From assembly GCA_030390025.1 (NCBI GenBank), contig CM059432.1:145640001-145704000 (forward strand): a DNA stretch of 64,000 nt, in the 5' to 3' direction. The position numbers and the translations under genes are program-made. Below are positions 12,669-24,680 of the stretch, piece after piece. Below the pieces are notes generated by a model. That model was not told the DNA's origin and did not search any database. It saw only the letters and a list, made by a program, of their open reading frames with translations. The DNA is from Squalus acanthias (Eukaryota). Positions within the stretch are counted from its first letter, which is position 1. Each line of letters begins with the position of its first letter.

Positions 12669-13092
12669 CTGTGCCAACTGTGCCAGGAGATTGGGCTGTG
12701 ACAACTGCACCAGGAAATTGGGTTGTGCCAACTGTGCCAGGATATTGGGTTGTGCCAACTGTGCCAGGAGATTGGGCTGTGCCAACTGTACTATTAGATT
12801 GGGCTGTGCCAACTTTACTAGGAGATTGGGTTGTGCCAACTGTGCCAGGATATTAGGCTGTGCCAACTGTGCCAGGAGATTGGGTTGTGCCAACTGTACC
12901 AGGAGATTGGGCTGTGCCAACTGTGCCAGGATATTAGGCTGTACCAGGCGATTAGGTTGTGCCAACTGTGCCAGGAGATTGGTTGTGCCAACTGTACCAG
13001 ACGATTGGGTTGTGCCAACTGTGCCAGGAGATTGGATTGTGCCAACTGTGCCAGGAGATTGGATTGTGCCAGGAGATTGGGCTGCATCAACT
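12669..13092. repeat. 27-bp minisatellite, ~15-16 copies
   Basis: Unit TGTGCCAACTGTGCCAGGAGATTGGG(C/T); 9-aa periodicity in all overlapping ORFs. Confidence 0.95.
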
Positions 13093-14059
13093 GGGAAGGG
13101 CATTCCAGAGCTTGGGAATAACAACCAAAGGGCCAGAATTTCTAGGCTAATAGTTACAAATATCTAGTACTTTGCAGGGTAAGTGAGAATAGATGGAGCC
13201 AATCAACTAATTAATCACTGGTGTAAATTCAGCATCAGATCATTGGTGTAACAGCAAGTGAACCCACTGCTCTGCCAGCAATGACCCAGCTGTGCTTCTC
13301 TTCACTCCTTTTTTTCATTCACTTTGTGATAGCTCCAGTAACTGCATCCAACACGACATGAATGAATCTAGGTCAATGTCATGACCTTTGCAAGTACAAG
13401 CCTCATCTCCTGGCACCAACAAATGTGCATTAGTAATAAAGTTGATGTTTATATGACCAGGTGAAGCAGACTACACGCACTGAGTTCTGTCTGACACTCA
13501 CACCACCACTGTGTCTGCACAGCCTAGGGTTTCTGAGCATCTGCAGTGGGTAGCTACCCGAGAGCAACTGGTGAATGAAGGACACAGCATATGTATGCTG
13601 TGCAACGTTGTTTTTGTACACAATCTTCCTCCGCCATATGGTACTTCCTGTTTCAGTCTCTTCACTGATTGCGTCTGTCACAAAATATGGAAGTGAGTGA
13701 ACTGAAGCTATTGAAATGCCTGCCACAAAACATGGGCTGGAATTTTTTTTTTAAATTCATTCCTGGGATATGGGCGTTGTGGCAAGGCCAGCATTTATTG
13801 CCTATCTGTCTAACTACACTACACTATGGAGGTGATAGTACATAGAACAGGAGTAGGCAATTCAGCTCCTCGAGCCTGTTAAGGCATTCAATCCGATCAC
13901 CGATCAATACACCGAGAATGTGTCAAATGGGAGTTAATTTTCTTTGCTTTATTAATGCACGACTGAAGAGCCAATCAGGCTCATAAGGGAACCAGCTGTA
14001 AGCTGCATTCTGGGAGTAATGCCTACTGACAGAGTGATAGATGGGGAAAGCTAGGGTAG

Positions 14060-14295
14060 GATAGACTGGTGGTGATGATACTGAACCAGTAGCCCAGTGC
14101 TTATGAGTTCAAATCCCACCATGGCAAGTTATGAAACTGAACTCAATAAATCTGGTAATGTGTGGGCTGGCACCAGACAAATCGCCATTAATCCTGTTAG
14201 AACGTTGCAAAATCCCAACTGGTAAACAAATGTCCTTCAGGGAAGGGAACCTACCATCACTGTCAGGTCTACAGGTGACTCCATCTTACCTGACT
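14060..14295 (+). mobile_element. Old fragment of the tRNA-headed LINE/SINE family 5' region
   Basis: GAGTTCAAATCCCACCATGGCA and ATGTCCTTCAGGGAAGG match the head and UTR of 2286-5415. Confidence 0.6.
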
Positions 14296-15182
14296 GCCAG
14301 CCCTCGGCCTCAGGGCCGCCCGATCCTCACAGGCACAAAGACGGCGAGTTGCTTCTGGATGCCTGTTTCGGGGCAGGCAGCTGGCCAGTGGAGTGGTACT
14401 GAGGCCCAGTCGTTAAAATGGACCAGGCCCCTCTCAGTAACTCCCGGGTAAGCTTTTACTGGTTGACTTAGCAGACTGGTTTTGGTTGATTTGTCCTCAT
14501 TCAAAAGTGTTTTGAGTTCCTCATTGGTTATTTTGATTTTGATTGTGAAGTTGCAAAGCTTTGAATTGTGATTTGTTAATGTTTTATTATTAGGGAATTT
14601 GAACAAATGAAGCATATGACACAGATAGACTCAGTGTGACAGACACTGATGTGTGACAGGCGAGCAGACAGGAAATGAAGTATGATGCGCAGATGTACTG
14701 TTTCTGATATATTATCAGATATAGAGTTAACTAAATAGAGAGATAGCATGGTGCATAGATAGAGAGACATAGACAGAGGTAGGTGGACCGAGAGACTATT
14801 GTTATGCATGTAAAGCCCATTAAACCATTAATCTGCTATGGTTGTTTTATGCTTCAGCCGAAAGCAACCTTCTCTGCTCTATAAACTCCTTTCTGCACCA
14901 AATGTGCTTCCTTGGAATTTCTCTTTACTTTTATTGATGCTCTCCAGTATCACAAAATGTCTTGTTTGAAGAAACGAATGTCAATCAATTATAATCAAAG
15001 CAGCAATATTTTGACGCATAACAAATGCACAGACTCTTGAGTAAGCTTAAAACACTATAAAAGTGTAAATGGGGGAACCGAGCCTTTTCAAAAATACGAC
15101 TGTGCTAAACGAGTGATAAAGTGCTCAAGTGTAATTTACAGTAGGTTATCACAGGTGCATTGATTGTATTTATACATACATA

Positions 15183-15500
15183 CACAGAATCACAGAATCC
15201 CCACAGTGCAGATAGAGGCCATTTCGGCCCATCGAGCCTGCACCGACACATATCCCACCCTATCCCCGTAACCCCATGTATTTAATCCCCCTAACACTAA
15301 GGGTCAATTTATCATAGCCAAATCAACCTAACCCACACATCTTTGGACTGTGGGAGGAAACCGGAGCACCCGGAGGAAACCCACGCAGACACGGGGAGAA
15401 TGTGCAAACTCCACACAGACAGTCACCCGGGGCCGGATTCGAACGCAGGTCCCTGGCGCTGTGAGGCAACAGTGCTAACCACTATGCCACCGTGTTGCCC
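15183..15500 (-). mobile_element. Full-length HE1-like tRNA-derived V-SINE
   Basis: A box TGGCATAGTGG, B box GTTCGAATCC, V-domain-like GTGTGGAGTTTGCACATTCTCCCCGTGTCTGCGTGGGTTTCCTCCGGGTGCTCCGGTTTCCTCCCACA, CR1-type tail (TTCTGTGA)n, TSD T(A/G)CATACATA. Confidence 0.9.
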
Positions 15501-15879
15501 TGCATACATACAATCAACACAACACCTTTATTTTGTCGCACTGATGAGCATCTGCTGAACAGCTCAGGAAACAACCTAGTTATGCTGATCACAGCAGTTT
15601 TACCAATTTTGCTCACCTGTTATTGGTCTTCGATGAAGGCAGGATGTATGGGAGGCCTGAGCAGTTGCAGGAGGACGATGGTTAATAAATAACAGGGATA
15701 TTCTTCTGTTCAAAACGGCTGGTGCATGTTGTTCATTAAACCATCTTCCTCAGTTACCTGCACCCTCCTGTTTCAATCCCCTCACTGTCTATCACAAAAT
15801 ACTGAACTAAGTGGACTAGAGCTGATTAAACTCATGTTTCTGTTACAAACTTGGAAATGAATTTGCCAATTAAAAAAAA

Positions 15880-16872
15880 TTAATTCACGGGATGTGGGCG
15901 TCGCTGGCAAGGCCAGCATTTATTGCCCATCCCTAATTGCCCTTGAGAAGGTGGTGGTGAGCCGCCTTCTTGAACCGCTGCAGTCCATCGTAGAAGTTTT
16001 TTTTTATATGACAGAGTGGCTTGCTTGTGGCCATTTCAGAGGGCAGTTAAGAGTCAACTACATTGCTGTGGGTCTGGAGTCACATATAGGCCTGACCGAG
16101 TAAGGACAGCAGGTTTCCTTCCCTAAAGGGACATTAGTGAACCAGTTGGGTTTTTACAACAATCCGGTAGTTTCATGGTCACCATTACTGATACTAGCTT
16201 TTTATTCCAGATTTATTTAATTAACTGAATTTACATTCTCCAACTGCCATGGTGGGATTTGAACACACGTCTCCGGATTATTAGTCCAGGCCTTTGGATT
16301 ACTCGAGGAACAGCACCTCATCTTTCGATTAGGCACTCTACAGCCCTCTGGACTCAACATAGAGTTCAACAATTTCAGATCATAACCCCGGCCCCCATCA
16401 CATATTTTTTTTTTTTTTATCCACCCTTTTGTTTGGCCTTTTTTTCTTCCCTCCCAGAAACTGGCAGCTGTCCTTCATTCTGCCAGCGCATTTCACACTT
16501 CATCTAGAGCCATCCTTTGTTCCTCAACCTGTCCCATTTCCACCTCCTCTTGTCTTGAATATCTCTTAATGTCTCTTAATCTCTCCTGCTTTCTATCCTA
16601 TCACTGACCTTCCCTTTTGTTCTTTCATCCCCTCCCCCTTTTCCCAGCCCTAAACTTGCTTTAAAATCCATTTCATTTCCTGTTTTTTTCCAGTTCTGAC
16701 GAAAGGTCTTCAACCTGAACCATGTACTCTGTTTCTCTCTCTACGGATGCTGCCTGGCCTGCTGAGTTTTTCCAGCGTTTTCTGTTGTTATTTCGGATTT
16801 CCAGCATCTGCAGTATTTTGCTATCCCTTTGGATTACTAGTCCAGTAACATAACCACTATGCTACCGTACCC
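15880..16872 (-). mobile_element. SINE-like internal-deletion derivative of the tRNA-headed LINE, interrupted by Penelope insertion 16304-16825
   Basis: 15880-15987 matches LINE 3' end 2286-2392; 16010-16303 plus 16826-16872 match LINE 5' end 5108-5415; entire ORF missing. Confidence 0.85.
16304..16825 (+). mobile_element. Penelope-like element 3' end (GIY-YIG C-terminus plus terminal repeat)
   Basis: Encodes EEQHLIFRLGTLQPSGLNIEFNNF; flanked by 13-bp duplication CCTTTGGATTACT (16291-16303, 16826-16838). Confidence 0.85.
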
Positions 16873-17019
16873 GCTAAATTACATTACGAAGGTGAAGTTA
16901 TTAATCTGCAGTGAACACATTCAATGGGAGCTAATATTTTCTCACTATTTTAATGTGCAACTGAAGAGCCAATGAGAATTCTGACCACTTGTTAATCTGC
17001 ACACCATGTACATAATAAA

Positions 17020-17450
17020 GAAAAGCTTAGCACCTTAACTCATCTCTCAGAAACATTGCAAAGCACTTCACACATAATGATTCATTGGAAATGCCGGGCA
17101 TGTTGTTATGTTGACAACTTTGCTGAACGTTGCACGCAGCAAGTCCCACAAACAACACTACAGTGTATTCCCAGTTAATCTGTTATTTGGTGGTGCTGAT
17201 TAAGGACAAGTTTTGACAGGATGTCAGGAATTCCCCCCCCCCCCCCCCCCCCCGCTTGCTGGTCTCTGAATAATGTAATCTATCCAAGCCGATCTCAGTT
17301 TAACAGCTCTTAGAAAGAACGACACCTCTGACAATGCAGCACTCCCTCAGTACTGCTATATAGTATCAACTTGGATTGTGGGGCTAGCACACGAAACCTT
17401 CTGCACCAGGGGCAAGAGTGTAACCAACTCAGCTAAGCTGAGACGTTAAA
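17020..17450 (-). mobile_element. Diverged Deu-domain SINE copy
   Basis: Patchy reverse-complement match to 56152-56620 (CACCTCTGACAATGCAGCACTCCCTCAGTACTGC; CAGCAAGTCCCACAAAC). Confidence 0.65.
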
Positions 17451-17660
17451 CCTGCAAAATGAATGGCGTCTGGTAGACTTGGTCACTAACAAGTGAGCTC
17501 ATTGTTATCAAACTGCTGCCCACGCTGAAACTGTCCGTCAATATTCACGCCTCTTATAACGACCGTTGTGTCACACCAATTAATTATTATCATTTTCAAT
17601 AATTGCGTTGTACATGAAGGTTCACACTAACTCAAAATCAAATCAGAAGTGGTTAACTTC

Positions 17661-18581
17661 TTAATGTGCAGCCACTAGGAAGATAAGCACATCGAAACAG
17701 CACATTGCAGTCAGAGCTAAAAATACTTCATTCGTGATATGTTCGGTCAATGGACAAGGGTGAGCCGCAAGTTGGTTTATGTAGAACAACCTGAATCCAA
17801 GGTATGGCAGGAAACATGTGATCACCAATAAGAATAACAGTGTCTTTGTCTGAGCTCCAAGTTCTTGCTGGTTACGTCGGTTACCTTGGTAACGGATCAG
17901 CAATTGTACCATTATACCCATCTGGATGGCAAGTAAAACACTAAAAGTTGTTAGCACAGTAATAACAGCGAGGTAATTCATAGTTTTCCCATATCGTGAG
18001 GCAGCTTTAGTATTGAATTGAAGACATTTTTTGGCATCCTGTTCTGAGCTGTCAAAATATGATAGAAACAGCGGTAAAACAGCAAGAAGCACCAGGGCCC
18101 AGATAACCAGGCTGGCAGCGCTCGCGTGCCACGGCTGGTAAAACTGCATTGTCTTCTTTTCTCGAAAGAAACTGATCATCCTTATGACAACTATAGTCAT
18201 ATAGAACACGAAGCACAGGTACATGTGAGCATGAATCATCGCACTCACCAGCTTACAAAATATTGCACCGAACTTCCACTCACCGAGAGCGTAATAGGAG
18301 ATGCGGAACGGCACAGTTAGGAGAAACATTGTGTGCACCGATATAAGATTGATCACAGCAGTGGATGTCACTGATTTTCTGTCAGTTTTTATTTTCCAAG
18401 CCATGATGAAAGCTCCAGCAGAACCTCCCACTAACACGATGGCGTAAATTGCTATTAAAGCTGCATCGTAAATGGTTCCAGGCGAATCGCAGGTAGGTGA
18501 GAGATTGGAGGTGGAATTGCTATTGCTGCCTGTGAATGGTCCTGGTGAGGATGTTGTATTATTCATTGCTGAGTTGTTCAT
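17661..18581 (-). CDS. GPR141: GPR141-like orphan class A GPCR, paralogue A (306 aa from MNNSAM)
   Basis: Seven hydrophobic segments; GPR141-type motifs SVTSTAVINL, HTMFLLTVPFR, FCKLVSAMIHAHMYL, CFLPY, NEVFLALT; open frame; splice acceptor TTTTTCTTGAAG just upstream of the ATG. Confidence 0.9.
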   Translation of the reverse strand: MNNSAMNNTTSSPGPFTGSNSNSTSNLSPTCDSPGTIYDAALIAIYAIVLVGGSAGAFIMAWKIKTDRKSVTSTAVINLISVHTMFLLTVPFRISYYALGEWKFGAIFCKLVSAMIHAHMYLCFVFYMTIVVIRMISFFREKKTMQFYQPWHASAASLVIWALVLLAVLPLFLSYFDSSEQDAKKCLQFNTKAASRYGKTMNYLAVITVLTTFSVLLAIQMGIMVQLLIRYQGNRRNQQELGAQTKTLLFLLVITCFLPYLGFRLFYINQLAAHPCPLTEHITNEVFLALTAMCCFDVLIFLVAAH

Positions 18582-18911
18582 TTTTTCTCCAAATCCTTCA
18601 AGAAAAAAGAACCACAGTACATTGTTTAAAATGGCCACAACAGACTGTTCATTCCTCGGGCTCTGGCCTTTCTGGGCACTCCCCTCCCTTATGCCCCACG
18701 CTTGCTTTTACAACGCTTAGCCTCCTTGGTCCCACTCTGGAACTCCCTCCCCCTCCCCCCCCACCCCCCACCCCAATCACTCCACTTGTCTCTCCTCCTG
18801 TAAAAATCTTTTCAAAAACCCATCTTTTCTACCAGGCCTCCTGTCACTGTTCCTAATCTCTCTGCCTGTCACTCAGCATTAGGGCTCCCTACCCTCCCGG
18901 TAAGGGCGGGA

Positions 18912-19547
18912 ATCTCCCAGAATGGGCGATTATTCTCCCGGAATGGGCGATTAGTCTTAGGAATGGGCGATTATTCTCCCAGAATGGGCAATTAGTCTCC
19001 CGGAATGGGCGATTATTCTCCCGGAATGGGCAATTAGTCTCCCGGAATGGGCGATTATTCTCCCGGAATGGGCGATTAGTCTTAGGAATGGGCGATTATT
19101 CTCCCAGAATGGGCGATTAGTCTCCCGGAATGGGCGATTATTCTCCCGGAATGGGCGATTAGTCTTAGGAATGGGCGATTATTCTCCCAGAATGGGCGAT
19201 TAGTCTCCCGGAATGGGCGATTAGTCTCCCGGAATGGGCGATTATTCTCCCGGAATGGGCGATTATTCTCCCAGAATGGGCAATTAGTCTCCAGGAATGG
19301 GCGATTATTCTCCCGGAATGGGCGATTAGTCTTAGGAATGGGCGATTATTCTCCCAGAATGGGCGATTAGTCTCCTGGAATGGGCGATTAGTCTCCCGGA
19401 ATGGGCGATTAGTCTCCCGGAATGGGCGATTATTCTCCCGGAATGGGCGATTAGTCTTAGGAATGGGCGATTAGTCTCCCGGAATGGGCGATTAGTCTCC
19501 CGGAATGGACGATTAGTCTCCCGGAATGGGCGACTATTGTCCCGGAG
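18912..19547. repeat. 21-bp minisatellite, ~30 copies, with 20-bp variant
   Basis: Unit GAATGGGCGATTA(T/G)TCTCCC(G/A); variant GAATGGGCGATTAGTCTTAG. Confidence 0.95.
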
Positions 19548-19582
19548 TGACCTTTACCATATTAATCAGGCAGCAGTTGATT

Positions 19583-19810
19583 GTCTTTTGGATGAGACAT
19601 TAAACTGTGTCTGCCCTCTTGGGTGGACATAAAGGATCCCATGACACTAATTCGAAGAAGAGCAGGGAAGTTTTCCCAGTGTCCTGGCTAACATTTATCC
19701 CTCAACCAACATCACTAAAACAGTTTATCTGATCATTTGTCATATTACTGTTTGTGGGGCCTTGCTGTGGGCAAATTGGCTGCCACGTTTCCCTACATTA
19801 CAACAGTGAC
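19583..19810 (+). mobile_element. Deu-domain SINE fragment
   Basis: Matches 56297-56529 (TTCGAAGAAGAGCAGGG, ATTTATCCCTCAA, CAAATTGGCTGCC). Confidence 0.8.
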
Positions 19811-19821
19811 AACATGTCTAA

Positions 19822-21735
19822 ATGCAAGTTTTTTCCATTCTTTTCTTTTGTACAAAGGCCACTACTGCTCTCTTCAAGTGGGTGTTCATTTCCTGCTCTA
19901 TGGAACCAGCTAAACAGAGAGAGCAAGCTATCCAATTCTACAGACTGGCAGGGTTCCCGCAGGTACAAGGAACAATTGACAGAATGCATGTGGCACTCAA
20001 AGCCCATATGAGAACCTGCTCTATCTAATGAACATAAAAGGCTTTTATTCCATTAATGTGTGATGCCAGTCGCCTTCTCTTACACATTAACACCCACTAG
20101 TAAGAAGCTGTTATGATGCTTTCATCATGCGTCAATCCACCATGCCACATTGAAAGCCATGTACCAGGTGGTTGATTAGTTATCAGGGCTATCCACTGCA
20201 GTCTGGCATTTGATTCCAGTAAGGGTAGCACACACAGAGGAGGAGAACAGATGTAATGAGGCTTATGTCACTACAATTAATGTGATGGACCAGACTATAG
20301 GCATTTTAAAGTCTCATTTTAGATGCTTGGATAAATCTGCTGGAACCCTGCAATACAACTCAGCGAGAGTCTCCAGAATCATTGTAGCTTGCTGTGTACT
20401 ACATAATATTGCAATGAAGAAAGGTTTGCTGCTTATGGAAGCTGAAGGTGATGCTGGGGTAAGAGCCTCCATCCTCACAGCCTGAGGAGGGTGAACAGGA
20501 AGGGGCGGACGTGGAACAGGGGAGCCAGCAGCCATAGAAAGGAGGAGGCTACTTTTGGCCCACTGTTTTCAATGAATTACAATTGATATACAAAATAAGG
20601 TCACTTAACTGTTCTCCCTTCCCCACCCTCACAAGAGTCTTGCATTGGCAAAGACTTCTGCCTATTTCCCTTCACAAGACAGTTCCCCTGCCGTCATCTA
20701 ACTCCAAAAACCATACACATGAATGAATTCTGAACTCTGTGATCCAACCGTGTTTACTTTACAGAACAACATTCACTAAAATGTGCCAACAAATCCCTGC
20801 ACCCTATCTTCAACTACTTCTGGAACACCGCGTCTACCCTTTGTGCCAGTTAACTTACTTGCTCTAGCTCCTAATCTATTAATTCTACAAGGTTCTCCCT
20901 GATTGAGACGAGAGTGAGTTGAGGCTGAACAGTGGGATGGATCCCCTGGAGCCTTGCTGACCTCAGGTGACTCTCATCTCGGGGTAGCTCCAGCAGCCTT
21001 TCTCTTGCTGTGCCTACATCTGAAGTTTCCTCGTGAGTGGGCATTGGAGGGGTCATTAAGCGCACAGACTCATTGCTACTCGCCAGAGAGATAGTTCCAT
21101 CTGCACCCACTCCTTGCAGCCCACTGATGCAGAGAACAAACACAGAAGTGCTACTGGCTGGTGTCATCACAGGATAAATAGTACCAATCAGGTCTTGGAA
21201 GCCCTGTGAAGTACCATAGCCAGGCTGACTCCAAGGCATCTATTCAAACAGTTGGTAGCTGTCTTCTCGGAAGCTCTTCCTGCCACAAAAATTTCCCAGA
21301 TAGTCATTCTCTTCAGGGTGTTCCGTGGGTCATAATAAACTTCCCACAATACGTTGCAACTGCTGATAGTGGACTCTTCCACCTTGTTCATTCTCTCAAC
21401 CTTATGCATGGAAACTGTCTCCACTGCTTGCACATGAGGTCGATGCTCCCAAATCAGGACTGTGCTCCTGAGTGTTGGGTCCCAGGCTCCTCGGCCTCAG
21501 TCATTTCTTCATCTTCCATGGAAAAAACGACAATCTTTCACACCTCCACTCCCAGGTCCTCATGCTTACTAGTGCTCTGTGCTTCACCCAGTGAAAATCT
21601 TTCTAGACTCACTAACTACTTCTTCTCCAGTGGGTGTCTCTGGGCTGCTGCTGGAGTAGGTGAGATGCCAGGACAGAATTGGTGAAGACATAGCAGTAGT
21701 TGTGGATTTCGAAGTGCCTGTGTAGCCATTTTTGG
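19822..21735 (+). mobile_element. Old Harbinger relic: transposase fragments (19822-20480), probably followed by convergent partner-gene remnant
   Basis: LAGFPQVQGTIDRMHVAL and TIGILKSHFRCLDKSAGTLQY..IIVACCVLHNIA are HARBI1-type DDE motifs; right boundary and partner gene are inferred. Confidence 0.7.
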
Positions 21736-22462
21736 GCTGCGAGGTGATATATTTTGGTGGGAAGAATGAGGAGAGACAATACAAGCTAAATGGTACAATT
21801 TTAAAGCGGGTGCAAGAAGAGAGAGACCTGGGGGTGTTTGTGCACAAATCTTTGAAGGTGGCAGGACAGGTTAACAAAGCAATTAATAAAGCATGTGGGA
21901 TCCTGGGCTTTATAAATAGAGGCTGAGGCTGCGAATTTGCCGGCGCTCAGAGGGCGGGTTTGGAGGCGGGTCGGGAGTAAAAATCTCAATGATTGACGGT
22001 TGCGAACCCGCCGCCATCCCGCCTCCACACTACTTTGCCAAGTGTCAGGTCTGCGAGTCCCAATCAGACCCGACACCAAACGGCGGCAGAGGCACTCAAG
22101 GCAGTTAACAGCTTGTTAACTGCCTTGCCAATCTTATTTTAACTGCCTGTTCTGATTTTTGAGGTTTTTCTGCGTGTTGCCCGTTGTCAGACAAACATGC
22201 CAGCTGCATTGTGCTGGGTTTAGCAAGGAGATGAATTGTTAGCAGCTGCTCCAGCAGCTTAAAAGCGGTCCTACAACATGGCTGAGTTTGAGATGGCACA
22301 AGTTAGTGCTTTGAGGTTTTGGCTAACATTTTGCAGCTCTACTGATCTTGTGAGTGTTCAAGCTGAGATCCATCTGCAGTTTGACCTCCTTGGAAGATCC
22401 TCTGGCCACTTTGACTGAGTGCTTGCAACCTCTATTGCTCAACTGAGATATCCACCAATGGA

Positions 22463-23476
22463 ATGGGAACCATTTATATTCTCTCATCCTGGATGTCAGA
22501 TTTGGAGGAAGAGCAGCCGCGGCAGCAGCACAACCAGGCAGAACAGCAGGACCAGCAACAGGAGCGCCAACCTTCTCCTCAGCCACATCATCATGAACAG
22601 GGCAGAGGGCGTCAGCGCAGGGCGTCACCGCGCCACAGGAGATACCCCCACCACAGGGTTTACAGGCTGAGGATGAGCTTCCTCAGCATAAGTGAGCAGC
22701 AGTGCCAAAGGAGGCAGAGACTTTCGCGAGAGGTAGTCGCTGACATCTGCACAATGCTGCACCAACACCTGGAGCCCAGAGGAGCAGGTGGACACTCCTT
22801 ACCAGTGGCTGTCAAAGTCACCACTGCCCTCAACTTCTTTGCTTCGGGCTCCTTCCAGGGATCAGCAGCAGACATCAGCGGTATCTCCCAGTCGGCCATG
22901 CACACCTGCATCACACGGGCTACCGATGCCCTCTTTGCAAAGTCGCACAATTACATTCACTTCTCCACGGATGAAGCAAGTGTAACCTCGCGTGTGTTTG
23001 GCTTTGCAAATATGGCAGGCTTCCCAAGGGTGCAGGGCGTCGTCGACTGCACACATGTGGCCTTAAGGGCACCCCATCACAACCCAGCTGTATTTGCCAA
23101 CCGCAAGGGCTTCCACTCCCTTACCGTCCAGCTGGTGTGTAACCACAGGAACATCATTATGCATGTTTGAGCCAAGTACCCTGGCAGCTGCCATGACTCC
23201 TTCATCCTGCGGCAGTCTACTGTGCCTCAGCTCTTCAATCCGCCAACCCAACTTTCCGGATGGCTACTTGGCGACAAGGGCTATCCCCATGAAAAGTGGC
23301 TCATGACACCGATGAGGAGGACATCAAATGAGGCTGTGGTACAATGTGAGCCACATTTCCACCAGAAGCATCATAGAGCAAACCATCTTCTTGCTGAAAA
23401 TGCGATTCCGATGCCTCGACAGATCTGGTGGAGCCCAGTAAGCACCAACCAGGGTCTCCAGAATCATCGTGGTCTG
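22463..23476 (+). pseudogene. Harbinger (HARBI1-like DDE) transposase pseudogene
   Basis: [58 protein letters not shown] at 23168-23170, later frameshifts, C-terminus cut by CR1. Confidence 0.9.
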
Positions 23477-24503
23477 TAACTAGTGGGGTGCCACAGGGAT
23501 CAGTACTGGGGCCTCAACTATTTTCAGTCTATATTAATGACTTGGATGAAGGAAGCGAGTGTATTGTAGCCAAATTTGCGGACGATACAAAGATAGGTGA
23601 GAAAACAAGTTGTGAGGACGTCATAAAGAGTCTGAAAAGGGATATAGATAGGTTAAGTGAGTGGGCAAGAATTTGGCAGATGGAGTATAATGTGGGAAAA
23701 TGTGAAGTTATCCACTTTGGTAGGAAGAATAGAAAAGAAAAATATTATTTAAATTGAGAAAGACTACAGAATGCGGCGGTACAGAGGGATTTGGGTGTCC
23801 TCATACATGAAACACAAAAAGTTAACATGCAGGTGCAGCAAGTAATTAGAAAAGCAAATGGAATGTTGGCCTTTATTTCAAGGGGGATAGAGTATAAAAG
23901 TAGGGAAGTATTGCTACAACTGTATAGGGCGCTGGTGAGACCACACCTAGAGTACTGCGTACAGTTTTGGTCCCCTTATTTAAGGAGGGATATACTTGCA
24001 TTGGAGGCAGTTCAGAGAAGGTTCACTAGGTTGATTCCTGGGATGGAAGGGTTGTCTTAAGAGGAAAGGTTGAGCAGGTTGGGCCTATACTCATTGGAGT
24101 TTAGAAGAATGAGAGGTGATCTTAAGATTCTGAGCTGGCTGGACAGGGTAGATGCTGAGAGGATGTTTCCCCTCGTCAGGGAATCTAGAACGAGGGGGCA
24201 TAGTCTCAGAATAAGGGTTCGCCCATTTAAGACGGAGATGAGGAGGAATTTCTTCTTTCAGAAGGTCGTGAATCTTTGGAATTCTTTACCCCAGAGAGCT
24301 GTGGAAGCTGAGTCATTGAATATACTCAAAGCTGAGATAGACAGATTTTTGAGCAACAGGGGAGTCAAGGGTTATGGGGAGTGGGCAGGAAAGTGGAATT
24401 GAGGCCAAAATCGGATCAGCCATGATCTTATTAAATGGCGGAGCAGGCTCGAGGGGCCGAATGGCCTGCTCCTGCTCCTATTTCTTATGTTCTTGTGTTC
24501 TTA
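23473..24503 (+). mobile_element. 5'-truncated CR1, same subfamily as 6845-10648
   Basis: [21 protein letters not shown]; near-identical to 8771-10648 minus the MITE; (TTCTTATG)-type tail. Confidence 0.95.
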
Positions 24504-24680
24504 CGTCATCAGAGGCGAGCAGCAGACCCGCTACCACTCATTGGGCCAGGTTGCGCGCACGGTGGGCTTAATGAGCCCACTTAATTTAAATTTGTGAATT
24601 GGGAGCAGCTGAAACCGGCAGTGGGACCAAAACGCGCCCACCAGGCAAGCCGATTCCAACCCGCCTCCTCAAAGAAAATT

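Noticed and set aside
12645..13167. Metallothionein-like CxxC or Gln/Leu repeat proteins
   Set aside because: ORFs are by-products of a 27-bp unit without stops; no supporting gene structure
15430..15500. Genuine tRNA genes at A/B-box sequences
   Set aside because: Each is the head of a SINE or LINE followed by a repeat body; no complete cloverleaf or terminator (also 5330-5415, 56152-56225, 63740-63810)
18582..18638. 19-aa N-terminal extension of GPR141-A in the ORF track
   Set aside because: Runs through the splice acceptor and pyrimidine tract and has no counterpart in paralogue B
18912..19547. CRISPR-like array
   Set aside because: Head-to-tail units with no unique spacers, no cas genes, vertebrate context; the same applies to 12669-13092 and 55119-55450
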